Virus record (IMG/VR): IMGVR_UViG_3300022666_000091
Length of the DNA stretch: 64,000 nt
Strand: one strand, 5' to 3'
Origin: an uncultured virus (IMG/VR IMGVR_UViG_3300022666_000091)
Taxonomy: Duplodnaviria > Heunggongvirae > Uroviricota > Caudoviricetes
Every line of letters begins with the position of its first letter. Positions within the stretch are counted from its first letter, which is position 1. Both the position numbers and the translations under genes were made by a program. The notes under the pieces were generated by a model. That model searched no databases. It had not been told where the DNA came from and saw only the letters and a list, made by a program, of their open reading frames with translations. This document shows positions 16,796 to 26,773 of the stretch, one piece after another.

Positions 16796-18385
16796 TCAGA
16801 CAGGGTAACAGGCACAGCGAAACCCACCAGTGTTGTGGGGGGTCGTCCGATCGTAGAACAAATGCAGAGACCACACGCCGGCGCCCGAGGAGCCGCTCCA
16901 GCTGCCGCCGGATAGAGCGCAAAGCTCGTTGCGGATATACTGGTAAAAGTAGTCAGTTCCGAACAGGTTGGTTCCGGCTGACGATATCCCGTTGGCGTCC
17001 TTCGGCAGCCCGAGCCCGGTCAGCAGCCGCCCCGGGGCGGCTACAGCCTCGGAAAGAACCTGGTTGGCGGCGTTGCCGAACCTCTGCGCAAACGCGCTTC
17101 CACCGGGGGCCGCCAGGAGCGGCATGGTTATCGCGTCCATCATGGCGGCCACGCCGGTCGCTCCCCAGTGGTCGGTTGCCAGCGTGTTGCCGCTGGTGAA
17201 ATCTCTCATCCTGGTTGCCTGCTTGGCGGCGTAGAACGTGCCGGTGGTGCAGGATCCGCCGGACGTGAATGCCGAGTAGCCGGTTGCGTTTACGCCGTCG
17301 AGGCTGAATGTATCTGCGTTTATGGCCGTGATGGTATAGAGCTTGTCATTAATCTGAGTCATGCCGCCTACGCTGGCTATCATGACAATCTGGCCGGTGG
17401 TGTAGCCGTGCCCGGCAATGGTAATTACGCAGGGGTTTGCCTGGGTTGCACCGGTGATGGTCTTGCTGGCGGCGACGCAGGTCAGTCCGATGGATATCTC
17501 GTACATCAGGCCGTTAAGATCGGCCACGCCGCACGGTTGCCCGTTATGGGTGGTCTTCGCAAACGGCGTCCCGCTGCCGGTCTTGCCGCAGTTGCTGTAA
17601 CTGTCGGACTGGTAGGTAACGGCGGTGTCGTTAACATCTTTCAGGGCGTTATTGTTGCACCCCTTCGGGAAATTCGTCACACCGGTGCCGTCGTACCATG
17701 CGCAATTGGTGGCGCTGGTCGCCGCCTGGCCGTGGGCCACGGACAGCAGCGCCAGGGCGGAGTAGATGAACCGGGAGCAGCAGAAAAACGGCGAGTTGCT
17801 GTCCACGGCGCCGTTCACGCCGCTCCTGGCACGCGGGGCAATCAGGGCGGCATAGTAGGCATTGACCCCAGCAGTAGCCGTCAGCCCGCCGATGGGGTTG
17901 TGTTCCGCCGCAGTGGACAGCGGCAGCCCGCCCAAGATGGACGAGGCCACAAAACCGGTGCCGAGGGCGTTCTTCGAACACATGTACTTGTCCACAAAAA
18001 AGCCGGACTTTTCGACTCCACCATCAATAAACGCTCGATGCAGGGCGTAGCCGGCGGCGTTGGCGTCATACGTGGTGGCGTAGGTCTTCACCCCCTTCAC
18101 GTCGGTTACGTTCACCGCCAGGCCGTTGGAGCCGGTCCCGACCTTGTAATAGAATTTCGGGATCCAGACCATAACGGAGCCGTCGAGGTACAGGTAGTTT
18201 CCGTAGTTCGGGTGGGTCGGGTCGGTGTAGCCGTACAGCGGCAGCATCCCGGCAGGCAGGGCGGCGGCAGGCGCCACCCCCACCCCGAACCCGGCAGCGC
18301 CGGGCACCCCAATGGAGTTAAGCGATGCGATGATCTGGCCGACCGCTGCGTCTATCTGAGCGCCGGTGTAGTTGGATTTGTACAT
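16796..18385 (-). CDS. DGR target protein (CLec/FGE-type fold), putative receptor-binding protein
   Basis: GFFVDKY, GVADLNGLMYE, C-terminal GGSW..AGVW..GFRCA containing the VR. Confidence 0.88.
   Translation of the reverse strand: MYKSNYTGAQIDAAVGQIIASLNSIGVPGAAGFGVGVAPAAALPAGMLPLYGYTDPTHPNYGNYLYLDGSVMVWIPKFYYKVGTGSNGLAVNVTDVKGVKTYATTYDANAAGYALHRAFIDGGVEKSGFFVDKYMCSKNALGTGFVASSILGGLPLSTAAEHNPIGGLTATAGVNAYYAALIAPRARSGVNGAVDSNSPFFCCSRFIYSALALLSVAHGQAATSATNCAWYDGTGVTNFPKGCNNNALKDVNDTAVTYQSDSYSNCGKTGSGTPFAKTTHNGQPCGVADLNGLMYEISIGLTCVAASKTITGATQANPCVITIAGHGYTTGQIVMIASVGGMTQINDKLYTITAINADTFSLDGVNATGYSAFTSGGSCTTGTFYAAKQATRMRDFTSGNTLATDHWGATGVAAMMDAITMPLLAAPGGSAFAQRFGNAANQVLSEAVAAPGRLLTGLGLPKDANGISSAGTNLFGTDYFYQYIRNELCALSGGSWSGSSGAGVWSLHLFYDRTTPHNTGGFRCACYPV
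16808..16925 (-). repeat. DGR variable repeat (VR)
   Basis: Colinear with TR over 118 nt; by manual alignment 17 of 23 mismatches fall at TR adenines. Confidence 0.93.
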
Positions 18386-18534
18386 GCCTTCCCCCTATTT
18401 CTTGACCACGAATGCGTGGTTGTCGCTCGTGATGAACGGTTCCGACTGGTTGGCGGAGTCGGAGGTGTAAAGGTGGTTTTGTGCTTGTTTGCCCCCACCG
18501 AAACCAAGTCTGAAGAAGTTGAAAAATGACATGG

Positions 18535-18855
18535 CTACATCCCCCACCGTTGCAGGGTCACCGTTGCGGTACCTGCGTTGACAAAGTTGACCGAGGTGAT
18601 CATGTGGTTCAAGATCAAGGGGTGCAGTTGCCACGCACCGTAGGTCATAATCTTGGTGGTGTCCCCATTCAGGTATACGTCCACGTCGCCGGACACTTGG
18701 AAAAGAAGGCACAATAATTGTTCGGTGCCGACTGAAACAGTGTGCGTCGCTCCAGCCGCAATCGTGACCGGCGCCGCACATTTATCCGGATTCGGGGTGA
18801 AGCCTTGTATTGCGGTCCCGCCGGCATCACGGGTGAGCTTTTTTGGACTCAACAT
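18535..18855 (-). CDS. Hypothetical tail-associated protein
   Basis: Operon packing, RBS. Confidence 0.6.
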   Translation of the reverse strand: MLSPKKLTRDAGGTAIQGFTPNPDKCAAPVTIAAGATHTVSVGTEQLLCLLFQVSGDVDVYLNGDTTKIMTYGAWQLHPLILNHMITSVNFVNAGTATVTLQRWGM

Positions 18856-19271
18856 CTTTGCCTCCTTGTTTTTCCGTTACGGGATTCTGTTGGAAATCCA
18901 GGAACCCCCGCACGTTGATGAACCCGACATACGCGAACAGCCAGAAGACCGCCAGGGCGGCGCTCGTCGCGATGGTGAGCACTACAGCATCTTTGACGCG
19001 GTTCGCCAGTGACGATTGTTCTTCGGCCTGCGGCGGCTCGGAAGGAGTTTCATGCCGCCGGTTGCACACTTCCTTTATTTCGTCCACCTCTTTCCGCAGG
19101 TGCTGGATCTCGTTCTGCTGGACGGCAACGGTTCGCAGCGTCTGGTTGATATCCTTCAGCTCCTTGAAGATAGCGGTCTGCCCGTCTATGGTGAGCTGGA
19201 TCAGCTGCTCCTTATCGCATTCGTGGGGCAATGGATCCTCCTGCTTGAGTGCGGCTTCCGCTACCATTTGA
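18843..19271 (-). CDS. Coiled-coil protein with C-terminal TM helix
   Basis: Heptad pattern then hydrophobic AVVLTIATSAALAVFWLFAYV. Confidence 0.6.
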
Positions 19272-20145
19272 TGACGGGTATCAACGCGATGTTGCGCGGC
19301 CGGGTTTCGGTGCCGCCGCCTGATGTCGGGTTGCCGGTATACAATGTGCCCTCGACGGGAGCTCCCCCTATCTCGGCGATGCCGTCCGCCCCCAGGTTGT
19401 TGCTGGCCTGCATCGAGTGGACGTGATTTTTGATGATGTCCGCCTGCCAGCTGCCCAGCGCACGGTTGCCTTGCCCCGTCCACCCGGGATCCACGCCCCT
19501 GCCACTGTCGAGTCCGCGCTCGAACTCTCCTCGGAAATCCGGTATACGGAACGTAGTGCTGCCGTCTCCCTGGCCGAACAGGCCCCACATGGACGATGCC
19601 CAGGAGGATTCAGAAACGACCAGCCCTTTGGCATTGGCGAAGCCCCACAGATCAGCGTAGGTCGTCCGGGATACCAGTTGACCGCCGCGTTCCAGGTATC
19701 CGGCCGGGATGGTGTATTCCATCCGCATCAGCCCCACCCGTTCCGACGGGTCGAGCAGGACATACGCCGTCCCGTTGTAGACGGCCGTATAGACCCCATC
19801 CTTGCGGATGTTGCCGTAACTGAGCGCCGAACTGTCCGCCAGGACCAGAGGAACCGCAGCCAGTTCATTGACGGTCAGAGTCGAACCCGCAGTATTGGTG
19901 TTCGCGGCCTTGAATCGGACCGGCATCCCTGCGATATGACCGGTCAACGGCAGGGTCAGGGTTACAGCATAGGCATTGGCCGACCCGGAATCGGCGGCAT
20001 ATGCAGAGAGCCTGGCAAGCAAATACTGAGTGCGGTCGGCTAACGCCTGCGTCGCGGCATTCATCAGGGCCTCAACGATATCTTCCTGATCGTCAACCTT
20101 GTTGACGTTCGCCGGCCATTGAATGGTTTCGGTCAGGTTGCTCAT
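19261..20145 (-). CDS. Tail fibre protein with tail-collar domain
   Basis: IPAGYLERGGQLVSRTTYADLW..GDGSTTFRIPDFRGEFERG..ETRPRNIA. Confidence 0.85.
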   Translation of the reverse strand: MSNLTETIQWPANVNKVDDQEDIVEALMNAATQALADRTQYLLARLSAYAADSGSANAYAVTLTLPLTGHIAGMPVRFKAANTNTAGSTLTVNELAAVPLVLADSSALSYGNIRKDGVYTAVYNGTAYVLLDPSERVGLMRMEYTIPAGYLERGGQLVSRTTYADLWGFANAKGLVVSESSWASSMWGLFGQGDGSTTFRIPDFRGEFERGLDSGRGVDPGWTGQGNRALGSWQADIIKNHVHSMQASNNLGADGIAEIGGAPVEGTLYTGNPTSGGGTETRPRNIALIPVIKW

Positions 20146-20658
20146 TTATGTCCCCGACTGGAAGGAGATGGTCCAGTCAACCTGGATCTTGTACAGGGTC
20201 GATTTCGCAATAGGAGTGATCACCAACCGCGAGAACAGCTTGCCGGTCCCGCTGGACTTGAGCCCGAGTTCCTGATAGGTGCTGGTGCCCCCTTCGTTCG
20301 CCTCCATGGTGGCGGAAAACTTCACGCTGCTGGCGGACGGATAGGTAACGGTTGCGGTCTTCGTCAGCACCTCGGCCTCCAGTGCAATATTGCCGACTAC
20401 CGGCGCGGTACTGCCGGTCCCGAAGGCCACCTGGTCCACCGCCCCGGCCGCGTATCCAGCATCGCCTCCCAACAGCTTGGCAAGCGTGGTCTTTCCATCG
20501 GTCACGACTAGGTTGTGGTACTGGAGCAGCTGGCTCGTCCCGTCCTCAAATGTCAGAGTCAGATCCACGTCGCCGCGGACGCCGATCTGCTCCCGTCCGG
20601 AGCGGTAGATCGTGGCGAATGCGGTCAGGATAAAGGCCAACAGCAGCAGTTCTTCCAT
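20146..20658 (-). CDS. Baseplate/tail-fibre attachment protein
   Basis: HNLVVTDGK..VAFGTG..ELGL..LFSR..W.ISF pattern. Confidence 0.65.
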   Translation of the reverse strand: MEELLLLAFILTAFATIYRSGREQIGVRGDVDLTLTFEDGTSQLLQYHNLVVTDGKTTLAKLLGGDAGYAAGAVDQVAFGTGSTAPVVGNIALEAEVLTKTATVTYPSASSVKFSATMEANEGGTSTYQELGLKSSGTGKLFSRLVITPIAKSTLYKIQVDWTISFQSGT

Positions 20659-20661
20659 GGT

Positions 20662-22302
20662 TCAGCCTCCATATAGATGCGACGCCACAGCCTCGGAAGT
20701 CCCGGCATCGAGTGTTTGCACAAAGATCTGCTCCTTGATGGCATCGTTGTTGCCGACCTTGAGCCCCGGCGTCCCCACCTTCCAACCGGCCCCCACCTTG
20801 ATCGGTCCCGGCGAAGGCCCATCGGCCAGAAGGATCGTCACGGTAGTGGCCAGCACTTCCGCCAGGGAAACAGTCTCGCTTTCCGCAACCATCTTGCGGA
20901 GGGCGGTTTCCAGGAAGTCGGTCCCGGCGGCCTTGTAGCGGCGCACCAGAGCCTTGACGCGATCAATCAGCAACTGGGCCTCTTCCGGGGTGAGCTCGTC
21001 CGGGATCCCCATGTCCAGCAGGAAACGGCCAACCACGTCTCCCTGCTGCGCGGGCGGCACCAGGTCGACATGCGGTTCCGCATCCAGCATCTGGGCCTCG
21101 ACTCCCAGCGCGTCCCTGATGATCAGCGACAGCGCCACGTTGTTCTGGGTGGCACGCAGGATCTCGTGCTTGATGCGCTCCGCGTAAGCCGCGTCTGCTT
21201 CATCGTCGAATGCTGGGATCCCGAACCTGGAGCCCCAGTCCCGCAGCCAGCTTCCGGTCGCAGTTGGCATATACAGCTGGTCTTCAGCCGATTTGAGCCT
21301 GCCGGGCGGGTCATCCATGGCGCGTGAATAGGTCTGCATCTCATTGTAGAGCAGCGACGTGGGATACAGCAGCGCCAGGGTGCGGGATAGTGGCTGCGGC
21401 GCGATGTCGAGTACCCCCCAGGCCGGGAGATCGGCATATACATCCGGGACGGCGGATAAAACCACGGAACTTTTGGCGTTCAACAGGTATTCGAGCTGTT
21501 GCAGGGTTACGGTGGTCAGGTCGATATTCCAGCCGGATCCCTTCAATACCCGGTCCCTGATGACTATCCCGGCCATATCGTAGATCGCCGGTCCGACTGC
21601 AGTCGCGTCTGTAGTGGGCTTGTACGAGGTCGCGTGATCCTTCTGTTCGAGCTGGAACCAGCAGGCCACGTTGGAGCCCTCGGCTGTCGGGTCGGGTGTG
21701 GCAGACGCATCCGCATTGACCAGGAAGTAGACGCGGCTATCGATCTCCGTCTGTGCTTCGTCGGTAATGACGCTGATTTCCGCCCGCCAGAAAGCGCCAA
21801 CGGGCCTGACCTTCACTCCAACAGGAGCAGACATGCCCGACTGCACAACCCATGTGCCCGTAACCGGGTTGACGATGATGCTTATTGTTTCAAGGCCACC
21901 CAGCAGCTGCACGCAGAAGCCGCCGGAACCTGATAAAGTGTCCCGCTTCCGCAGATAGCACGAAAACGTGTAATCAAGCCCCGACAGCACAGTGACCGGC
22001 TGTGTCCGGTAGTATGGATAATCGTCGGAGGCTGAATCGGTGAGCGTCCATGCCTTCACGGTTCCATCGGGCGCCACGGCGTCCTGAACCATGCTGCCCC
22101 CGGTCCCTCCCGCCGCCCATGGGGCCTGGTCCAGATCGTTCGACTGCAGCAAGAGGTTCTCGGATTCCTCCTCAATTTGGATAAAGCCGGTCTGCCCTTC
22201 CGCTATCCGGTTGTCAAAGTTGAGAGTCGCGACGGTGGCAGCCTTCGGATCCTTGTTGAAGACCCGGTGCAAGCGGGATATGAGACGTTCCGTCAGGTTC
22301 AC
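20662..22302 (-). CDS. Baseplate wedge protein with inserted beta-rich domain
   Basis: TATGSWLRDWG.RFG...E.D..Y..RI motif; follows baseplate J. Confidence 0.65.
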   Translation of the reverse strand: MNLTERLISRLHRVFNKDPKAATVATLNFDNRIAEGQTGFIQIEEESENLLLQSNDLDQAPWAAGGTGGSMVQDAVAPDGTVKAWTLTDSASDDYPYYRTQPVTVLSGLDYTFSCYLRKRDTLSGSGGFCVQLLGGLETISIIVNPVTGTWVVQSGMSAPVGVKVRPVGAFWRAEISVITDEAQTEIDSRVYFLVNADASATPDPTAEGSNVACWFQLEQKDHATSYKPTTDATAVGPAIYDMAGIVIRDRVLKGSGWNIDLTTVTLQQLEYLLNAKSSVVLSAVPDVYADLPAWGVLDIAPQPLSRTLALLYPTSLLYNEMQTYSRAMDDPPGRLKSAEDQLYMPTATGSWLRDWGSRFGIPAFDDEADAAYAERIKHEILRATQNNVALSLIIRDALGVEAQMLDAEPHVDLVPPAQQGDVVGRFLLDMGIPDELTPEEAQLLIDRVKALVRRYKAAGTDFLETALRKMVAESETVSLAEVLATTVTILLADGPSPGPIKVGAGWKVGTPGLKVGNNDAIKEQIFVQTLDAGTSEAVASHLYGG

Positions 22303-23420
22303 GATATGGTCACCGAGATCGTGCCCGGAATGATGATCTGGTTACTCAGGCAGGTTACATTCCCGGTCGGGGCCGAAATGGCGACGTCAACCACGCCCGC
22401 CATACCCATCAGCCGCTCCACCAACTCGTTGAAGACAAGGGTCTCTCCCAGTTGGAGGCTACGGATGTAGTTGTCGATAATGGTTTCGGCCGCGCTCTGG
22501 GAAACCGTGGCTCCGTCCGCAGACGTAATCGTCACGGTCACGTTCTGAGCCACCGTAGTGGCGGCGGCCACCGTTGCCACTATCCCGGCCGCCTTGTAAC
22601 CCGGTATCTTCTGGCCGGTCGCGTCGGTGTAGCCGTCGATGATCTCCTGCGCACGGGCAATCAGTTCCGTGCTCGCCCCATCCACTCCGTTGTAGATGTA
22701 AATCGTGAAGGATCCGGCGGAACCGGTCTCCGGGGGGCCGGTCACCAGCGCCGCCTTGACCTCTTCGGTGATGTTGCCGCCCGCATCGGCCAGGTATGCC
22801 GACTTGGAGCCGTACTCGCAGGCGGCTGCGGTGCCACGGGTCAGCGTTGTTACATACTCGCGGAAACGAATCTCCCGCTGCGCTTCGGACTCAGCTGCAG
22901 CCCCGTTACTGAGCGCCGACGGATTGGCTACGGATGACAGCCCGGAGATGGTGGTCTTGAGAACCGTAATGGTGCCGACCCCGGTATTGCCCTCTGTGCC
23001 GGCCACTGTACAGCTCACCGGAACGGAGACACTCGTCTGGCCCGCCTCCAGCACAGCGGCTTGTGAAGTGGTGTAGATTTTCGCCGGGGTGGTTGAGGTG
23101 GCGACAGTAGAGACCTGTGTGCCGATTGGTATGGCGATGTCGTAGGCCGGGGCAGGTGATGCAGAAAAAGTCACGTTGCCCGCTGCACGTACCGCTGGTC
23201 TCAGGCTGAAGTCGAAGGCATAGTAGATAGATGTGGGGATGGCTTTCTTGATGGCCTGGAAAAACTGGTAGTCCTGCGCCTCAAGCTCCACGGCAACCGC
23301 TTCCAGCTTCGTCCTGGTCTTTCCGCCCACGATGAAATCGGTGATGATCGCCTGTAGGCCTGAAAGCCAGGTAATCATCCGCGCCAGACGGGTTTCGGCT
23401 TTGACGATCTGGAAGCTCAT
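22299..23420 (-). CDS. Baseplate J/gp47-family protein
   Basis: RAAGNVTF, IPIGTQV, AGTEGN, NGAAAES...RFREY..LTRGT, YKAAGI. Confidence 0.88.
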   Translation of the reverse strand: MSFQIVKAETRLARMITWLSGLQAIITDFIVGGKTRTKLEAVAVELEAQDYQFFQAIKKAIPTSIYYAFDFSLRPAVRAAGNVTFSASPAPAYDIAIPIGTQVSTVATSTTPAKIYTTSQAAVLEAGQTSVSVPVSCTVAGTEGNTGVGTITVLKTTISGLSSVANPSALSNGAAAESEAQREIRFREYVTTLTRGTAAACEYGSKSAYLADAGGNITEEVKAALVTGPPETGSAGSFTIYIYNGVDGASTELIARAQEIIDGYTDATGQKIPGYKAAGIVATVAAATTVAQNVTVTITSADGATVSQSAAETIIDNYIRSLQLGETLVFNELVERLMGMAGVVDVAISAPTGNVTCLSNQIIIPGTISVTIS

Positions 23421-23435
23421 GCCGCAATTCTATAA

Positions 23436-23468
23436 AATATTGTATGAGAAACCAAACACTTTAGGCGC
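23436..23468 (-). promoter_or_regulatory. Class-B motif upstream of baseplate J
   Basis: Minus strand CGCCTAAAG-TGTTTG-GTTTCT-CATACA-ATAT. Confidence 0.65.
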
Positions 23469-23469
23469 G

Positions 23470-25371
23470 TCAATTGACAAGTATCCGCATTCTCTTTCCA
23501 TCCGTCTGGCCCACGGTGCGCACGTCCCCCTCAAAATAGACAGCGGTCCCGTCAACCTCAAGGGTCGCGTTCTCGACATTGCTGATCCGCGGATCGTCCA
23601 GCAGGGTGATGATGGCCTCCACCCGGGCGCGTTCGTACCAGACCGGAGTACCGGCCCGGCCGACGATCAGCGGCAGGTAGGAGCCGTACTGCGGATGCCC
23701 CAGCGCGGCCAGCTCCCCCTTGACGGTCATCAGCCGGTGCCGGAGTTGCATGAGCAGATTGTCGGTCCCGGAGATGACCGCGATATCCCCGGCGCCGTCC
23801 GGTATCATGTTGCCGTCGTCATCCAGCTCCTCGTCGGTGCCGAATACCCTTCCGGCGAAATCGGTTCCGCCGTCGATAACCGCCTTGCCCGAGCCCGCGT
23901 CACCCGGAATGCCGATGTGGTCGCCCGGCTTCAGCACGGCCAAGGCCCGTTCGTGACTTGTCACCGTAGTTCCGGCCGGAAACTGGTAGGAAAGCAGGTT
24001 TTCGAGGGTCACGAACTCGCCCGAGACGCTCTCCACGGTTCCAGCCTCCAGGCGGTCATCGGAGGCGAACACCAGGATGTTGCCGACCTGCGGCGTGAGG
24101 CCGCTTATCCACACCGTCCTGGTTGTCGCGGGCTCCACCAGCGTCCCGGTCGCTAATGCTGGGGAATACCCGGACATGTAATCCGCGACGATGAACGGAT
24201 ACTCCAAGCCGTTCAGGATGGCGATCCGCTTCCATTCGCGGGCGTCTCCAAGGGTCCGGTACGCGATGCTCTCAATGCTGTCTTGCAGGTTGACGGGCAC
24301 CTGAAGCGCCGCGACTTCCCGGGCTATCTCGCTCCCTTCCGCGAACAGGGTGCTTTCCGGTGTGTTCATCGCAACTACGCTGTCGGCTACCTGGCCGGTC
24401 GGCAACGGGGCGGTCATGATCTCAAGGCCCGTGGTCGCGGTCGTGCCGGTTATTCCTGCCGTCACCCTGAACTTGTCCTGGTGCAGCTTCAGCGACATGA
24501 GGTTGCGTTTCGTGTCCCGCAACAAGGCCGTGAACTCGTGCGGGATATCGGCAATGCTGGTAATCGACGCAGTGATGGAGTCAACCGTGTTGATGGCGGC
24601 ATCCACCAGGCCGAACGGGGCCTCAATGAAGTCGGTGATACCCTGCCGGAAGGCGGCTATCGCGGCGGCGATGGTGTTCAGGGTCATCTTCAGGTCGTTG
24701 ACGAAGTTGATAACGTCGGACATGAAGGCATAGACGGTCTCGTACCCCTTCAGGATCTGTTCCCACAGCGACAGCTCTTCGGTGTCGGGCTCCCAGAGCT
24801 CCTTCAGTTTGTTGACCAGCTCGTCCTCGCTCATGGTCGGCTGATCCAGCCGGTCCAGGACCGTCATCTGGATGTCGTACTGGTACAGGAAACGGCGGGC
24901 GATGTTCCGCATCAGGTCGAAGCGGTTGATCTGCACCCGGTAGTAGTCCTTGTCGCAGTAGTTGTAGAATCGGATCTCCGGCGGGTTTTTCATGTCCACT
25001 TTGCCTGGAGTGCCGAAGTCTTTGTAGAAGTCGAGGATGGTGGTCTCGATTTCCTTGAACAGGTTCCAGCCGTCCTTGAGGTTCCCGTCCAACTGCCGGC
25101 CGTGCCCCCCGGGAAGCGTCCCGAGAAAGCCGAACGTCCCCTGGATGGCGATGCGGGTAAACCCGAGTCCGATGTTGTCCTCAAACCCTCCCCCCTGCGT
25201 CAGGGTGGCATTCACCCGCGGCGACTCGCTCTTACGGTACGCCTCCGGGTTGATAGGCAGGATGTACTGTTTTTTCGGCAGGCCGCTGGCGGTGTCCATC
25301 ACCTCGAACATGAACGGAAGCGACTGGTCGCGAATGCCTGTCGTAATGGGGCCAAGTACTGCGGGTGCCAT
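23470..25371 (-). CDS. Baseplate protein: tube-initiator-like N-domain, LysM-like domain and gp25-like C-domain
   Basis: LPINPE; DSIESIAYRTLGDAREWKRIAILNGL; GTDNL..L..GEL..HPQYGS..DPRI. Confidence 0.7.
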   Translation of the reverse strand: MAPAVLGPITTGIRDQSLPFMFEVMDTASGLPKKQYILPINPEAYRKSESPRVNATLTQGGGFEDNIGLGFTRIAIQGTFGFLGTLPGGHGRQLDGNLKDGWNLFKEIETTILDFYKDFGTPGKVDMKNPPEIRFYNYCDKDYYRVQINRFDLMRNIARRFLYQYDIQMTVLDRLDQPTMSEDELVNKLKELWEPDTEELSLWEQILKGYETVYAFMSDVINFVNDLKMTLNTIAAAIAAFRQGITDFIEAPFGLVDAAINTVDSITASITSIADIPHEFTALLRDTKRNLMSLKLHQDKFRVTAGITGTTATTGLEIMTAPLPTGQVADSVVAMNTPESTLFAEGSEIAREVAALQVPVNLQDSIESIAYRTLGDAREWKRIAILNGLEYPFIVADYMSGYSPALATGTLVEPATTRTVWISGLTPQVGNILVFASDDRLEAGTVESVSGEFVTLENLLSYQFPAGTTVTSHERALAVLKPGDHIGIPGDAGSGKAVIDGGTDFAGRVFGTDEELDDDGNMIPDGAGDIAVISGTDNLLMQLRHRLMTVKGELAALGHPQYGSYLPLIVGRAGTPVWYERARVEAIITLLDDPRISNVENATLEVDGTAVYFEGDVRTVGQTDGKRMRILVN

Positions 25372-25380
25372 GGTTGACTC

Positions 25381-26529
25381 CTACTGTTGGTGGTTCGGCC
25401 CGAAGGTAATCGAACCGGTCTCAAGGTGCTGATGGCCGTTGTAGATGGTCCTGTCGCCTGACATGTTCCGGATCTTGTCGCCCACCTCGCCATTGATGGA
25501 CTTGATGTTGCCGGTCACGTCCAACTTGCCATTCACCTTCATGTCCTGGCTGCATTCCACCAGCGGGGTTGTCAGCTGGACCTTCGTCGATGCCACCACC
25601 GTTGCGGTCGGGGCCGTGACGGTCGCGTTGCCGTCGGCCTGGATATTCGCCGCCCCGTAGACATGGACGGTCAGGCCGCCGCGAACTATCAGCGTGCCGT
25701 TGCCGGTCACCTCCAGGGTGTCATTCACTCCGACGTTGACCTGCCGGGAGCCGTGGATCGTCTCCGTCTGGTTGCCGGCCACGTCCAGGGTGTCGGTACC
25801 ATCGATGTCTGCCTGGCGGTTGCCGGTGACGTTAAGGGTGTCGTTCACATCGATGGTGGCCGCCCGGCTGCCGTGCACCGTCAGCGTGTCGTTGTCGTCG
25901 ACGGTCGCGGCCCGGTTCTGATGGACGGTGAGCGTATCATCAAGATCCACCGTCTGGGTCCGGTTGCCGTGCATGGTCTCGGTCTGGTCGCCGGTAACCT
26001 CCAGGGTGTCGGTGAGATCAACGGTTATCGACCGGGCGCCGTGGATCGTTTCAGTCTGGTTCTCCACCACGTTCAGGAGGTCGTCTTTCGCGACGTGGAC
26101 CCGCCGGATGCCGTCTTTTTCCAGCTTGATGTCGGTGCCCTGCCAGTGGGTATGGTGCAGGGGTCCATTGGCGGAAACAGGCTGCAACTGGTTGCCGGGA
26201 GTTGGCAGGAAGCCGATGACGACCGGCTGGCAGAAGTCGCCATTTATGAACGCGACCGCCACCTGGTCGCCCGGCTCCGGATCGATGGACTCTCCATTAG
26301 AACGGTTGATTTTTGTGCAAAGTACGGGTACCCTGTAGACGTCCGGCCAGCCGTTGAGGAGCGCGATGTTCACCAGTGTCATGCCGGCAGGATTCTGGCC
26401 GTTGTCGGAATAGAAGATCCCGTTCTCCTGGATGATGCCCAGGAGGAGGCTGTTGCATTGGCGGACGCTTTCTACAGCAGGAGATGTGTAGAAATTTTTC
26501 TGCAGCCTTGAACCGTCATCGTGAAGCAT
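25381..26529 (-). CDS. Baseplate spike (gpV/gp5-like) with beta-helix repeats
   Basis: PEPGDQVAVAFINGD OB-fold; DTLxVxGN repeats; apex YNGHQH. Confidence 0.85.
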   Translation of the reverse strand: MLHDDGSRLQKNFYTSPAVESVRQCNSLLLGIIQENGIFYSDNGQNPAGMTLVNIALLNGWPDVYRVPVLCTKINRSNGESIDPEPGDQVAVAFINGDFCQPVVIGFLPTPGNQLQPVSANGPLHHTHWQGTDIKLEKDGIRRVHVAKDDLLNVVENQTETIHGARSITVDLTDTLEVTGDQTETMHGNRTQTVDLDDTLTVHQNRAATVDDNDTLTVHGSRAATIDVNDTLNVTGNRQADIDGTDTLDVAGNQTETIHGSRQVNVGVNDTLEVTGNGTLIVRGGLTVHVYGAANIQADGNATVTAPTATVVASTKVQLTTPLVECSQDMKVNGKLDVTGNIKSINGEVGDKIRNMSGDRTIYNGHQHLETGSITFGPNHQQ

Positions 26530-26554
26530 TCAAACCTCTGAAAGGAGTTGCACC

Positions 26555-26773
26555 ATGGAAGGTGAAGGCGGTATATCGGTACAGACAGCAACCGATGGCG
26601 GCACCCCGGCAAAAGTAGAGATCATCGGTATTGATTTGACTGTTACCAACATGACCAAATTGCTCACCACCTTGGCAATTGCCGCCATTCCGGCAGCCAT
26701 CATTATCGGGATATTGGGTGGTTTCCTCTTTATCGTGGTTACGGCGATTCTCAAGGCCCTTGTCCCGGCTTGA
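26555..26773 (+). CDS. Small membrane protein antisense to the tail operon
   Basis: GAAAGGAG RBS; long hydrophobic C-half; fills the gap exactly. Confidence 0.6.
   Translation: MEGEGGISVQTATDGGTPAKVEIIGIDLTVTNMTKLLTTLAIAAIPAAIIIGILGGFLFIVVTAILKALVPA

Noticed and set aside
25690..26090. Tandem DNA repeats in the spike gene
   Set aside because: Explained by ordinary gp5-type beta-helix protein repeats.
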